A DNA stretch of 64,000 nt from Candidatus Bathyarchaeia archaeon (GTDB lineage: Archaea; Thermoproteota; Bathyarchaeia; Bathyarchaeales; Bathycorpusculaceae). Position 1 is the stretch's first letter; every line of letters begins with the position of its first letter. The stretch is taken from assembly GCA_049512075.1 (NCBI GenBank), contig JBEKXL010000013.1, forward strand, positions 1-64,000, given 5' to 3'. Positions 20,028 to 29,540 of the stretch are shown piece by piece. The notes under the pieces were generated by a model that searched no databases, was not told the origin of the DNA, and saw nothing but the letters and a program-made list of their open reading frames with translations. The position numbers and the translations under genes are program-made.

Positions 20028-20436
20028 GCGGCGTGTCTCGTCACTGTCCTTTTCAGTGAATAGGCTTTATCGGACAATCACGAACGCTAAGCCGTCGAAT
20101 CTCCTCATCCCGACATTGGCGATTGCTTTTGCGGTCTTTCTCTTCGCAGGCGGAGTGTACGATTTGATACAGAGGCCACTGACAGCAGTTTACTACAATA
20201 ATAGGTTCCTCTTTCTCAATCCATACCTCTCCGAACAGTTCATAAGCGATAGCATAGTTGCCGCAATCATTTACTCTCTGGGTGTGATCGGACTGATAGT
20301 GGTGTATCAGAGCACAAGGTACGTCTACAAGCCGAGACAGGCGTACATGATGCTCCTAATCGGATTGGCCCTAACGTTGATGGCCTACATATTCTTGGAA
20401 CTCACGATACACATAAAGCTCAGCGGCGGGGCCTGA
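20011..20436 (+). CDS. OST3/OST6-OSTC(DC2)-like membrane protein
   Basis: FAGGVYDLI..P…FL…LSEQFISDSIVA…LG resembles the DC2 pattern (TGGIIYDVI.EPP…QYIMEG); 3 TM. Confidence 0.6.
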   Translation: MSRTVKRRVSSLSFSVNRLYRTITNAKPSNLLIPTLAIAFAVFLFAGGVYDLIQRPLTAVYYNNRFLFLNPYLSEQFISDSIVAAIIYSLGVIGLIVVYQSTRYVYKPRQAYMMLLIGLALTLMAYIFLELTIHIKLSGGA

Positions 20437-20443
20437 CTATCGT

Positions 20444-20944
20444 TCACCACGGATTACTTTTCAACCCCAACTTGTAAGCTGCAAAGTTTGTCAGCAGATG
20501 GATAGGTGGGGTTATGAGCAGAACCGTCAAAGCAAGTTCCCAAGTGAGCATGGACGGAGAAAGCAGAAGCGAAAAAATAAGCGCGCCTACCACGAAGTCA
20601 ACTTGATCTACGATCGGCAAGAGATTTCCAGGGGCAATTTCGAGTCTCCTTTTCAGAAAAGCCCCTGCCAGGTCACCTAACAGGCCCCCCAACGACAACA
20701 GCAAACCAAACATTAAAGGGTAGCTAAAAACCGCGCTTTCCGAAAGGCCGACGCCTGTGCCGACAACCAAGCCGACAAAAAAACCTCGAAAAGTCTTGTT
20801 TTTCCCAAAGATTGCTTTTCCGTCAACGAATTTTTTCCCAAGATCTATCGGCAAACCTCCTCCTGCGATGACCGGTGTTGCATTCGCACAGTACGCTGGA
20901 AGTATGAAGATTATCGCGTTGACAATCAGATTTGTTATCTCCAT
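20444..20944 (-). CDS. carS: CDP-archaeol synthase
   Basis: PAYCANATP, FGKNKTFRG, GDLAGAFLKRRL, DQVDF, KLGLKSNPW. Confidence 0.92.
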   Translation of the reverse strand: MEITNLIVNAIIFILPAYCANATPVIAGGGLPIDLGKKFVDGKAIFGKNKTFRGFFVGLVVGTGVGLSESAVFSYPLMFGLLLSLGGLLGDLAGAFLKRRLEIAPGNLLPIVDQVDFVVGALIFSLLLSPSMLTWELALTVLLITPPIHLLTNFAAYKLGLKSNPW

Positions 20945-20957
20945 TTCTGCAGCTCCA

Positions 20958-21656
20958 TCAGTGATTCGAATATTCGTGCATCCCAGACTCTTCAATCCTC
21001 AGATGGTGAGTCTTCGGCTGGAGTTTTCGAGGGTTCTTTTCCAAGGTCATTTTCACGATCTGGGGGCGTTCGGTGGGTCTTAACGCGATTATTGCGTTGG
21101 CCCAGAACTTCAGAACTCTTGTAGCAACAGGCTCCACGCTCCCAGGAACTTCGTCTAGAACACTGTGGACTTGACTTGTTATGAGAACTGCGATCTTATT
21201 GGTCTTGGCTGTCTGAGCCAACACTGCTAGTTGCCTGTTCAGTTCCCGGTTTAATTCAAACGTTTTTGATGGGGACTCTGAGACTCTTAGGCGGTACAGC
21301 GATGTGAACGTGTCGATGATTGTAAGTGCAAAATTGTTTGTGACGTACTCGGTCAACTGATCTATGATTGCTGCCTGTTCGCGAAAGTCACGGGGCCTCG
21401 CTAAGACAATCAGTTCGGCTATTTCTGAGAACTGTTTCGCCGTTATCTGGCTGAGTCGCTGAACTGAGAACGTGCCGTCGCAATCGACAAATAATGTTTT
21501 GCGACCTTGTTTCGCACAATTCACGGCGCACTGCATTGCAAAAGTAGTTTTTCCAGTTTCAGCCTCGCCATAGATGAGACTGATATTCTCAGCCGGAAGA
21601 CCCCCGCCCAAGTATTCATCGATTGTTTTGTTACCTGTTGGAATGTTTCGCTGCAC
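20958..21656 (-). CDS. radB: RadB-like RecA-family ATPase
   Basis: GEAETGKT Walker A, IIDT Walker B, LEK..R near the C-terminus; no N-terminal HhH domain. Confidence 0.8.
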   Translation of the reverse strand: MQRNIPTGNKTIDEYLGGGLPAENISLIYGEAETGKTTFAMQCAVNCAKQGRKTLFVDCDGTFSVQRLSQITAKQFSEIAELIVLARPRDFREQAAIIDQLTEYVTNNFALTIIDTFTSLYRLRVSESPSKTFELNRELNRQLAVLAQTAKTNKIAVLITSQVHSVLDEVPGSVEPVATRVLKFWANAIIALRPTERPQIVKMTLEKNPRKLQPKTHHLRIEESGMHEYSNH

Positions 21657-21738
21657 TTTTATACACGTCAACAGATATAAACATCGAAACCAATAATTTG
21701 CTTTGCGTTCGAATGTCTTGCACAAACAGGATTGTGGT

Positions 21739-22392
21739 ATGAAAGCGAAAATAGCTGTCGTAACCGTCTGTGGGAAAGACTATTATTTGGTTGTCAACGA
21801 GTTAAAGAGGAGGAATACGCCTTTCCTGAGCTTGACTCCATATGAATCGGTTCCGATAGAAATTGAAGTTGTCATCACGACGGAGAAAGAGAAACCCTTG
21901 GTAAAGCATCAAAGAATACTCGCTTTCCAAGAGGGAACGCGACCGGAAACGTTGATAAATGAGGCGTTAAAAATCATTCAGGGAAAGGAGTTCTTTGAGA
22001 AAATCACAATAGGCGTGGATCCTGGTGAAGTCTTTGGGTTGGCAGTTCTGGCTGATGGAAAAGTCGTGGAAACAGGAAACTGTTTCAGCTTCGAAGAAAC
22101 ATTAAACAAGATAGCGGATATCGTAAGGGACTTCGAAGGCACCGCAGTCGAGTCTATTTCCGTGAAGATAGGCGACGGAGTTCCGCAGTGCACAGGAAAC
22201 TTGCTGCGCATCCTAGACGAAACCTTGCCTGCAAGCGTTTCGCTGGAAAGCGTCAGTGAAATTGGAACAAATCGCGGCCTGAACGAAGCGAAACATAGAA
22301 GAGGCTTGAGGGATATTGTTTCAGCCATACAGATAGCTGGAAGAATTGGGTACAGATTTCAGAGGAGAAGAACAGATGAATCGAACAGTTAA
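21739..22392 (+). CDS. Conserved archaeal protein with RNase H-like (GVDPG) domain
   Basis: IGVDPGEVFGLAV, KIGDG, VSE.GT, DIVSAIQIA. Confidence 0.7.
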   Translation: MKAKIAVVTVCGKDYYLVVNELKRRNTPFLSLTPYESVPIEIEVVITTEKEKPLVKHQRILAFQEGTRPETLINEALKIIQGKEFFEKITIGVDPGEVFGLAVLADGKVVETGNCFSFEETLNKIADIVRDFEGTAVESISVKIGDGVPQCTGNLLRILDETLPASVSLESVSEIGTNRGLNEAKHRRGLRDIVSAIQIAGRIGYRFQRRRTDESNS

Positions 22393-23692
22393 AAAGGGAA
22401 CAACTCTGCTGGTTGACGGACCAGCCTCGGTCACTGTGACCTCAGGCAAGGTGGAAGCATTTGGTTCGGTCATTAGCGGAACGGCAAAGATCGTGATACG
22501 AGAAGGCAAGAGAATGCCCTTTGCAGTGGAAGAAATAGCTGCCTTCGAAATCGCATTGGGAGACACCGCTTCGGCAGAAGAAGTTGAAGGAAACACAGTT
22601 CCTGCTTCTTGGAATGAAGCATACGAAGAGTCCCTGAATTTGCAAACAAAGCCTGTTAAAGCGATGGTGCTTGGCACCGCTGATTCTGGAAAAACAAGCT
22701 TCTGCACCTACCTAGTAAACAAAGCCTTGGCTGAAACGAAGAAAGTGGCAGTCCTGGACGGAGATTTGGGTCAATCAGACATAGGCCCGCCATCCACAGT
22801 CGCTTACGCTTTTGTTACTCGGCGAATAACCGATTTGTTCAGTTTGCGTGCGAAAAACGCCTTCTTCATCGGGGAGACCTCGCCAAGCAAAGTTACGGAT
22901 AAAGTAATCGCGGCTTTAGCCTCCTTGAAAAAGGAGATTTTGGCCAACAACCCCGAATTTGTGGTGATAAACACTGACGGCTGGGTCGAAGGAGAATGCG
23001 CTGTAAACTACAAGATTCAACTCATAGAGGAGCTTAACCCGGATATCGTCTTCTGTGTCCAACAGAAAGACGAACTAGCACCTCTCATTAATAGACTTGA
23101 GAAGTTCAAGAAAGTCCTTGTTGAGTCTCCTTCTGCTATAAGGCAAAGAGATATCGATAAGCGTAGAAGCCTGCGCGAGCTTGGTTACATAAAGTACTTG
23201 GGAAATGCAAAGGTGCAGTCGCTTTCGTTAAGCTGGTTGAAATTTGAGGGAAATGAGCTCTTTGACATATGTAAGACTCGCATGAACGCTAGACAGGCAA
23301 GCAAGATTTACGAGCTTCTAGGGATGAAGCCTCTGCAACTCTCCGAGCTGAGCGACAAGGTCTGTGTAATCATTGGCAGGAGACGTTGGATTGATGCTGA
23401 AAACATTAGGAAAGTTGAGGAATACACGAAGAAGAAGGTTGTCGTAACCCGGAAGGGTGAAGAAGAAGGATTGCTCGCAGGCGTGTTTGATTCGAACAGG
23501 AAGTTTCTCGGTATAGGTGTCCTGCAGGAGATTGATTATCTAAGGAAAAGCTTGAAGATCTCTACACCTGTTTCGGAAGACATCTGCGTGCTTGCCTTGG
23601 GGAAGGTGAAGCTCGACAAGAACATGAAAGAAGTTCCAATTACTGAGGAAGAAAACCAGATGGATTTTTCGTCGTTAAAGAAACTCTTCTGA
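22376..23692 (+). CDS. Clp1/Grc3/Nol9-family polynucleotide 5'-kinase
   Basis: GTADSGKTS, DGDLGQSDIGPP, INTDGW, R..LRE lid. Confidence 0.9.
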   Translation: MNRTVKKGTTLLVDGPASVTVTSGKVEAFGSVISGTAKIVIREGKRMPFAVEEIAAFEIALGDTASAEEVEGNTVPASWNEAYEESLNLQTKPVKAMVLGTADSGKTSFCTYLVNKALAETKKVAVLDGDLGQSDIGPPSTVAYAFVTRRITDLFSLRAKNAFFIGETSPSKVTDKVIAALASLKKEILANNPEFVVINTDGWVEGECAVNYKIQLIEELNPDIVFCVQQKDELAPLINRLEKFKKVLVESPSAIRQRDIDKRRSLRELGYIKYLGNAKVQSLSLSWLKFEGNELFDICKTRMNARQASKIYELLGMKPLQLSELSDKVCVIIGRRRWIDAENIRKVEEYTKKKVVVTRKGEEEGLLAGVFDSNRKFLGIGVLQEIDYLRKSLKISTPVSEDICVLALGKVKLDKNMKEVPITEEENQMDFSSLKKLF

Positions 23693-24843
23693 AAAAGTGC
23701 CGAAGTTCCCGTGAAATTGCTCCTTCTTCTCGTGGCAGAATTCTCAGGTTGTCGCGTATCCACAGTGGAAAGAATTGTCGACAGTAGGGCGTGGAGAAAC
23801 GATAGTCGAGAAAAATCATTGCTGCCTTGTCCTCCAATGTTGTTATTGGTCGGCCAGCAGCTTGGGAAGCTTTTTTCATCGCTGGAATAACATGCCCGTA
23901 TTCGCGGCCAAGCCCCGGGTAACACTCTTCAAAGTAGCTGATCTGAGCCTTAACTTTCGGGGTTGGTTCGGCATAGGGTACGCCTACGATAACCACAGAA
24001 TTCATTTCGTCTCCTGGGAAATCCACGCCTTCTGACGAGCGGCCGCCTAGAACTCCCAAGAGTACGGCTCCGCCACGTTGAGCGCACGCTTTAAACTCAT
24101 CAACCATTCTCTCGTTTTCCTTGGAGCTCATGCCTCTGTGCTCACAGAATAGCGGTTTTTTCGGCTCCGCATCCAGTCCGTTTGCCCGAAGCGCTTCGAG
24201 AACTTGAAAGGAAGCAGCAAAGACTCCTGTGTTTCCAGGAGTGTTGTGAATAACCTCCTTTGTGTGTTCTATTATCGTATAATACATCTGTGCTGTTCGT
24301 TCTTCCATTGCCGTTGTAACATCGCAGCATATGAGCGGCAGGACGTGTTCCTTTGGAAATGGTGAGGGCACGACTTTTTTCACGGTGTTTTTTGGGAGCT
24401 TCGTTATTCTTATGTATGCTTCTAGAGGTTGGAGTGTTCCTGGCATCACGATGTTTGAGTAGACTTCGGAGAAGATGGGTTCTGTGATTTTTGAGGGATC
24501 TAAGGCAACTATCTCCAGTCTTGCGGTGTCTGCACCTCTTCTGGATTTGTACTTTGCGATCACGTTGACGAAGGATTCATCTTTAGCCGTCTCCGTCCAT
24601 TTCATGAGGAAATTTCCTAACGAGTGGATGAAGGAGCGTGGAGATTTTCCATCAAGAAGCAAGCTTCGTTTAATGGTGTTTCCAGTTGTGAATAAATATT
24701 CAAAGAATCTCTGGGGGTTGTCTATGGTGCTTTTTTACCGCGCGCGTAACTGCACTGAATATTGTTTTGATGAAATGGTCCTGAAACGGTCTCACCTCTG
24801 CGTATGGAAAGAAGTCTGCAACATCTTTGACTAATTCATTCAT
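23640..24843 (-). pseudogene. xpd: XPD/Rad3 helicase pseudogene with internal deletion
   Basis: 33-codon N-terminus MNELVKDVADFFPYAEVRPFQDHFIKTIFSAVT is joined out of frame at the (CG)4 tract 24739-24746 to the C-terminal half (SEGVDF, QAAGRP, DYRF). Walker A, the FeS region and DEAH are missing. Confidence 0.85.
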
Positions 24844-25507
24844 TTCTATCCCAAAGGTGCCTCGATGGACAGAGCATGTTTATTGGGCATTCTTTGCACA
24901 GTGGGACTCTTGCCTTGCAATATTTCCTTCCGTGCAAGATCAGCAACACGTGGACTTGCATGTAGTCTTTTGGATCATAAATTGACTGGAGCGCTTTGCG
25001 AACCGCTTCGTAGTTTCCTTTTGTTGGGGCAAGGCCCAACCGTTTTGAAACGCGGTTTACGTGAGTGTCAACTGGAATGGTGTTCTGTTTCGCGCTGAAG
25101 AGAAGCACGACATCAGCTGTTTTGGGTCCGACGCCTGCAAATTGCATGAGTGTTTTTCTAGCTTCTTCAATTGGCAGTGAAAGAATGGATTTCAGGTCTC
25201 CGTCGTATCTTTCCTGAATGGTTTTTGAGACGTGCCTTATTGTTTTGGCCTTGTTCCTGAACAACCCTGCAACTTTCAAGCATTCTTCAATTTCCTTTTC
25301 CTTGGCCTTCGCAAGTGCTTCGGGGGTTATCTTGAACCTGTTCGAAAGGTTTTCGAAGGCTCTTGCAGTGTTCCTGTCGGTCGTGTTCTGTGAGATTATC
25401 GTAACAATCAGTGTTCTGAAGGGGTCTTCGCTCGAGGTTGTCCACTTTGGCATGGTGAATGTTTTTCGAAGTATTTTCAGGATGTTCTTCGGACGGTTGT
25501 CCGCCAT
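24836..25507 (-). CDS. nth: Endonuclease III
   Basis: SQNTTD, HhH GVGPKTAD, VDTHV, CKARVPLCKECPINMLC FeS motif. Confidence 0.95.
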   Translation of the reverse strand: MADNRPKNILKILRKTFTMPKWTTSSEDPFRTLIVTIISQNTTDRNTARAFENLSNRFKITPEALAKAKEKEIEECLKVAGLFRNKAKTIRHVSKTIQERYDGDLKSILSLPIEEARKTLMQFAGVGPKTADVVLLFSAKQNTIPVDTHVNRVSKRLGLAPTKGNYEAVRKALQSIYDPKDYMQVHVLLILHGRKYCKARVPLCKECPINMLCPSRHLWDRNE

Positions 25508-25581
25508 TTGATTTCCTCGGTTTCTTGAAAGTGATAAATAGTGAATGTGTGAAGCTATTAATAAGCGATGGAGAGTTGGCC

Positions 25582-25953
25582 ATGGAACGTGCTAGGGTCG
25601 TGAAGGATGAGATAGTTGAACAGAACATGCACTTCCTTGCAGTTTACATGGAGGCCAAGAATTCATGTCTGGTTCTGTTGAGCGAAAGAGAAGATAAGCT
25701 TGGAACGCTGGCAATTGCTGTTCCAAGACCGAAGGATTTGTTGGGGCCTCCATCGTCGTCGATTCTTGTGGGCGATAGGAACGCGATTTCAGCTCGAATG
25801 TTTGCCGAGATCTTGGCTGAAAGAAAGGGGAAGATAGCTTTGGTTTCCATTTATTTGGAATCGATGGATGAAAGACAAGCGCAGTCCGTTTTCAAGAGGC
25901 TGATGGATAGGGTTGCTCATGACGAACCGCAAAGGGAGGGTGTGCCGGCGTGA
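25582..25953 (+). CDS. Proteasome assembly chaperone PAC4-like protein
   Basis: LGTLAIAVP…SSIL.G…ARMFAE.LA.RKGK.ALVS pattern resembles PAC4/PSMG4. Confidence 0.5.
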   Translation: MERARVVKDEIVEQNMHFLAVYMEAKNSCLVLLSEREDKLGTLAIAVPRPKDLLGPPSSSILVGDRNAISARMFAEILAERKGKIALVSIYLESMDERQAQSVFKRLMDRVAHDEPQREGVPA

Positions 25954-27290
25954 GCTTTAGAGACTTTATCAAGATATCAGAGAGGGAGGGGGATGTTCTG
26001 CACGTGAGAGAGGAGGTCTCCCCCCGTTTTGAAATCTCCTATGTTTTGAAAAGGTTTGACAAGGATGGCCCAATTCTCCTCTTCGAAAAAGTGAAAGGCA
26101 GTGATAGAAAGGTCGTGGCTAACGTTTGCGGAACGCGAAAGAGGATATGCAGGGCGCTCGACGTTGGCCCGGATGGGCTCTGTGAAAAATTGATCAAGGC
26201 TTGGCACTCCCCGAGGAAAGCGAAGGTAGTTGAAAACGGCGCCGTGAATGAAGTCAAGGTTGTTGACTTGTCAAATATCCCGATTTTGACGCACTTTGAA
26301 AAAGATGCAGCTCCGTACATCACTTCAGCCGTTGTTCATGCGAAAAGCGTTGATGGAGGAATCGAGAACGTCTCCGTGCATCGTCTTCAAGTTTTGAATG
26401 AGAATCATCTGGCGATTCGGTTAGTTCCAAGGCATCTTTTTAAACTGTGGCGGATGGCGAAAGAGGCGGGTGAAGATCTTGACGTAGCGATTTCCATCGG
26501 TGTGCATCCTGCGGTTTTGCTGGCTGCTTCATCTCCTCTCCCTTTTGGAGTTTGCGAGTTTGACGTTGCGAATGCTCTAATGGGTGGTGGCCTCCGTTTG
26601 ATTGAGTGTGAAAACGTTGGAGCCTGTGCTCCTGCTGATGCAGAGCTGGTGCTTGAAGGGAGGATTTCGGCGGTGCAAGAGGTGGTTGAGGGTCCTTTCG
26701 TGGACGTCACTGGAACGTATGATGTGCGGAGAAAGCAGCCTGTCGTCACTGTCGTTGGTATCATGCGGCGGGAAGACTATGTTTATCATGGGCTTCTGCC
26801 TTCCGGGGCCGAGCACAGGCTTCTGATGGGGGTGCCGCAGGAGGTGCTCATCTGGGAAGCGGTTTCGAAGGTCGTGCCCAGAGTTCATGCTGTTAACCTT
26901 TCTGCTGGTGGGTGTGGGTGGTTGCACGCGGTGATTTCCGTCGAAAAACAGCTTGATGGTGATGGGAAGAACGTTTTGCTGGCGGCTTTCGCTGCTCATC
27001 CAAGTCTGAAGCATGCAGTCGTTGTGGATCCCGATATCGATGTGTTTGATGTTTCTAGTGTTGAGTGGGCTATTGCGACGAGGTTCCAAGCTGGCAAGGA
27101 TCTGATCGTTGTGAATAACGTGCGTGGCTCAACCTTGGACTCTTCCGCAGATCAGGAAACAGGTTCAACGACAAAGGTGGGCGTCGACGCGACCAGACCC
27201 TTTGCTAAGCCTAGGGAAAAGTTTGAGAGGGCAAAGATCCCGGTTGCGAAGAAGACAGAGACGCTTGTGCGCGGGCTACATTGTCTGTAA
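25950..27290 (+). CDS. UbiD-family (prFMN) decarboxylase, possibly anhydromevalonate phosphate decarboxylase
   Basis: NVSVHR, EGPFVD, VVVDPDID, WAIATR, TLDSS, KVGVDAT. Confidence 0.88.
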   Translation: MSFRDFIKISEREGDVLHVREEVSPRFEISYVLKRFDKDGPILLFEKVKGSDRKVVANVCGTRKRICRALDVGPDGLCEKLIKAWHSPRKAKVVENGAVNEVKVVDLSNIPILTHFEKDAAPYITSAVVHAKSVDGGIENVSVHRLQVLNENHLAIRLVPRHLFKLWRMAKEAGEDLDVAISIGVHPAVLLAASSPLPFGVCEFDVANALMGGGLRLIECENVGACAPADAELVLEGRISAVQEVVEGPFVDVTGTYDVRRKQPVVTVVGIMRREDYVYHGLLPSGAEHRLLMGVPQEVLIWEAVSKVVPRVHAVNLSAGGCGWLHAVISVEKQLDGDGKNVLLAAFAAHPSLKHAVVVDPDIDVFDVSSVEWAIATRFQAGKDLIVVNNVRGSTLDSSADQETGSTTKVGVDATRPFAKPREKFERAKIPVAKKTETLVRGLHCL

Positions 27291-27355
27291 GTGGAGCGGA
27301 CGCTGCAGAGTTTATATATGCGGATGAATGTCTCATAGAGGATTTGGTGGTTCAA

Positions 27356-27850
27356 TTGTCGCAGGATGAAGCGAAAGAGAAGGAGGGCGAGGTTACGTTA
27401 AGGGTCGGGGACGTGATGGTGAAGGAAGTAGTAACGATAGATGATAACGTGACGGTTAAAGAAGCTGCTGATGTTATGAACAAGTTTGAGATAGGCTGTT
27501 TGATTGCCGTCAGGAAAGGGAAGGCCATGGGAATCTTGACCGAGAGAGACATTCTAAAACGGATTGTTGCGGGTGCGAAAGATGCAACCAGGACAAGCGT
27601 CAAGGATGTGATGACGAGTCCGCTGGTTGTTGCCGAGCCGGGGATGGATTTGGGAGAAGCGGTGAAGTTGATGTTTCAGATGAAAATCAAGAAGTTGCCC
27701 GTGGTGGATGGGAAGCGTCTCGTGGGGCTGGTGAGCTTGACGGATATTGCTCGTTTTCAACCGCAAGTCATCTCGATATTGAAGCAACTTGCTGCAAAGC
27801 AGGCTGCGCCGAAGGGCATAAGGAAAATTATTGATCGCTACGTTGTCTAG
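27356..27850 (+). CDS. CBS-domain pair protein
   Basis: V.DVM, GILTERD, KLPVVD, GLVSLTDI. Confidence 0.9.
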   Translation: MSQDEAKEKEGEVTLRVGDVMVKEVVTIDDNVTVKEAADVMNKFEIGCLIAVRKGKAMGILTERDILKRIVAGAKDATRTSVKDVMTSPLVVAEPGMDLGEAVKLMFQMKIKKLPVVDGKRLVGLVSLTDIARFQPQVISILKQLAAKQAAPKGIRKIIDRYVV

Positions 27851-27918
27851 GCATGCTCCTGCGTCTTTTCGTGTTCTTGTTGGCGAGGTTTAAATGTTGA
27901 AATGTTGTTCTACCCTGT

Positions 27919-28983
27919 TTGATGAAGAAAACGGTGTTGTTGAAGGTCGATCCTCAGGCTCCTGATATCGAGAAAGTGCGCGTTGCGGCGAGGTTCATTA
28001 GATCAGGCGGTTTGGTAGCTTTTCCGACGGAGACGGTGTATGGCTTAGGGGCTGATGCTTTGAATGCAACGGCGGTTTTGGCGCTTTTTGAGGCGAAGAA
28101 ACGTCCGTTAGATAACCCGCCGATCGTGCACATCTGTGATGTTAAGGATGTTTACAGGGTGGCCCAGGAGGTTCCAGCGATGGCTGAGGAGTTGATGAGG
28201 CTGTTTTGGCCTGGGCCGTTGACTTTGATTTTGAAGCGTTCTAGGATTGTGCCCGACGTGGCTGTGGCGGGTTTGGATACGATTGCTGTGAGGATGCCTA
28301 GGCACAGTGTTGCGTTGGCGTTGATTAGGGAAAGTCAGTGTCCGATTTCTGCGCCGAGCGCTAACCTCGCGGGGAAGCCGAGTCCTACGACGGCGAAACA
28401 TGTGTTGGACGATTTGGATGGGAGGATTGATGCGGTTTTGGATGGCGGTCCAACGGTTGTCGGTGTCGAATCAACTGTTCTGGACGTGACGGTTGATCCT
28501 CCTCAGGTTTTGCGTCCGGGTGGGACGCTGTTTGAGGTGTTGAAAGAGGTTCTCGGCGGGGTGGAGCTTAATCCTGCGGTGACGGCTGAGAGGCCTGTGC
28601 CGGTTGAGAAGGCTCGTTCACCTGGACTGAAGCATAAGCATTACGCGCCCGATGCTGATGTGGTTGTGGTTGAAGGCGAATTGTCTGCCATAGTCGGAAA
28701 GGTGAACGAGTTGGCGATGTTTTATATGAGGAGGGGGAGCAGGGTGGGGGTTTTGTGTACGGATGAAACCGCTGGTTTTTATCGGGCTGATGTTGTGAAG
28801 TCTCTTGGGAGCAGGAGCGACATGGGGAGTGTTGCCCAGAGCTTGTTCGCGCGTTTGAGGGAGTTTGACTTGGAAAGTGTTGACGTCATAGTCGCCGAGG
28901 GTGTGCCTCTCGAGGGACTTGGGCTGGCCGTTATGAACAGACTGCGAAGGGCCGCAGGATACAACATCGTCAAGGCAAGCTAA
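27919..28983 (+). CDS. sua5: Threonylcarbamoyl-AMP synthase Sua5
   Basis: FPTETVYGLGA, KKRP.DNP.IVH, SAN, SPG.KHKHYAP, C-terminal SUA5 domain. Confidence 0.95.
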   Translation: MMKKTVLLKVDPQAPDIEKVRVAARFIRSGGLVAFPTETVYGLGADALNATAVLALFEAKKRPLDNPPIVHICDVKDVYRVAQEVPAMAEELMRLFWPGPLTLILKRSRIVPDVAVAGLDTIAVRMPRHSVALALIRESQCPISAPSANLAGKPSPTTAKHVLDDLDGRIDAVLDGGPTVVGVESTVLDVTVDPPQVLRPGGTLFEVLKEVLGGVELNPAVTAERPVPVEKARSPGLKHKHYAPDADVVVVEGELSAIVGKVNELAMFYMRRGSRVGVLCTDETAGFYRADVVKSLGSRSDMGSVAQSLFARLREFDLESVDVIVAEGVPLEGLGLAVMNRLRRAAGYNIVKAS

Positions 28984-29080
28984 GGCCCTTGCGGGTGGGC
29001 TGACTTCTTACTGTGTCGGCAATCCTGTCTTGTACGCAAACCTCCAGCACGCGCTGTCCAATCCCAAAACGTTAGTCCCC

Positions 29081-29342
29081 AAGAGCGTGAGGCCGCGCCT
29101 GGGGAGAAGCGCGTGAAAGTCGCTTCCCTTTTTCACTTGTAATGTCGGATGTAATGTGTATTGTTACAAACCATGGAGAGAATCAGTCTGGGCTACTGTT
29201 CAGAGTGGACTCGGCCCTTTTATTTGTAATGTCCGTTGTAATTTTCAATGTATGAGTCAGGGACTGGTAGGGTTTACTTTCTTCTGTTCAGTTGTGACGC
29301 CATGTAATGCTGTTGGTAACGACTTATGAGAAAACGGATGGG
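29081..29342 (-). repeat. TTACA-triplet dispersed element (copy 3, 3 units)
   Basis: Reverse complement matches 8811-8966, 6128-6185 and 5709-5750. Confidence 0.9.
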
Positions 29343-29540
29343 GGCATGTGTATGAATGCTCAGTTCAGGGAGGTTTTGCTGGATCTTGCCGCGTGAATGC
29401 GTTCGAGTTTCGAAAGGTTCGAATGTATTCTTGTGCTGCGGAATGCAGCGCGTCTTTTCGTGGTTTCTCTATGTGGCAGACTTTTTCCCGAAACACACTT
29501 ATTTGTTTCCGTCGCTCATAGAAGCAGAGTGGAAAGGAAG

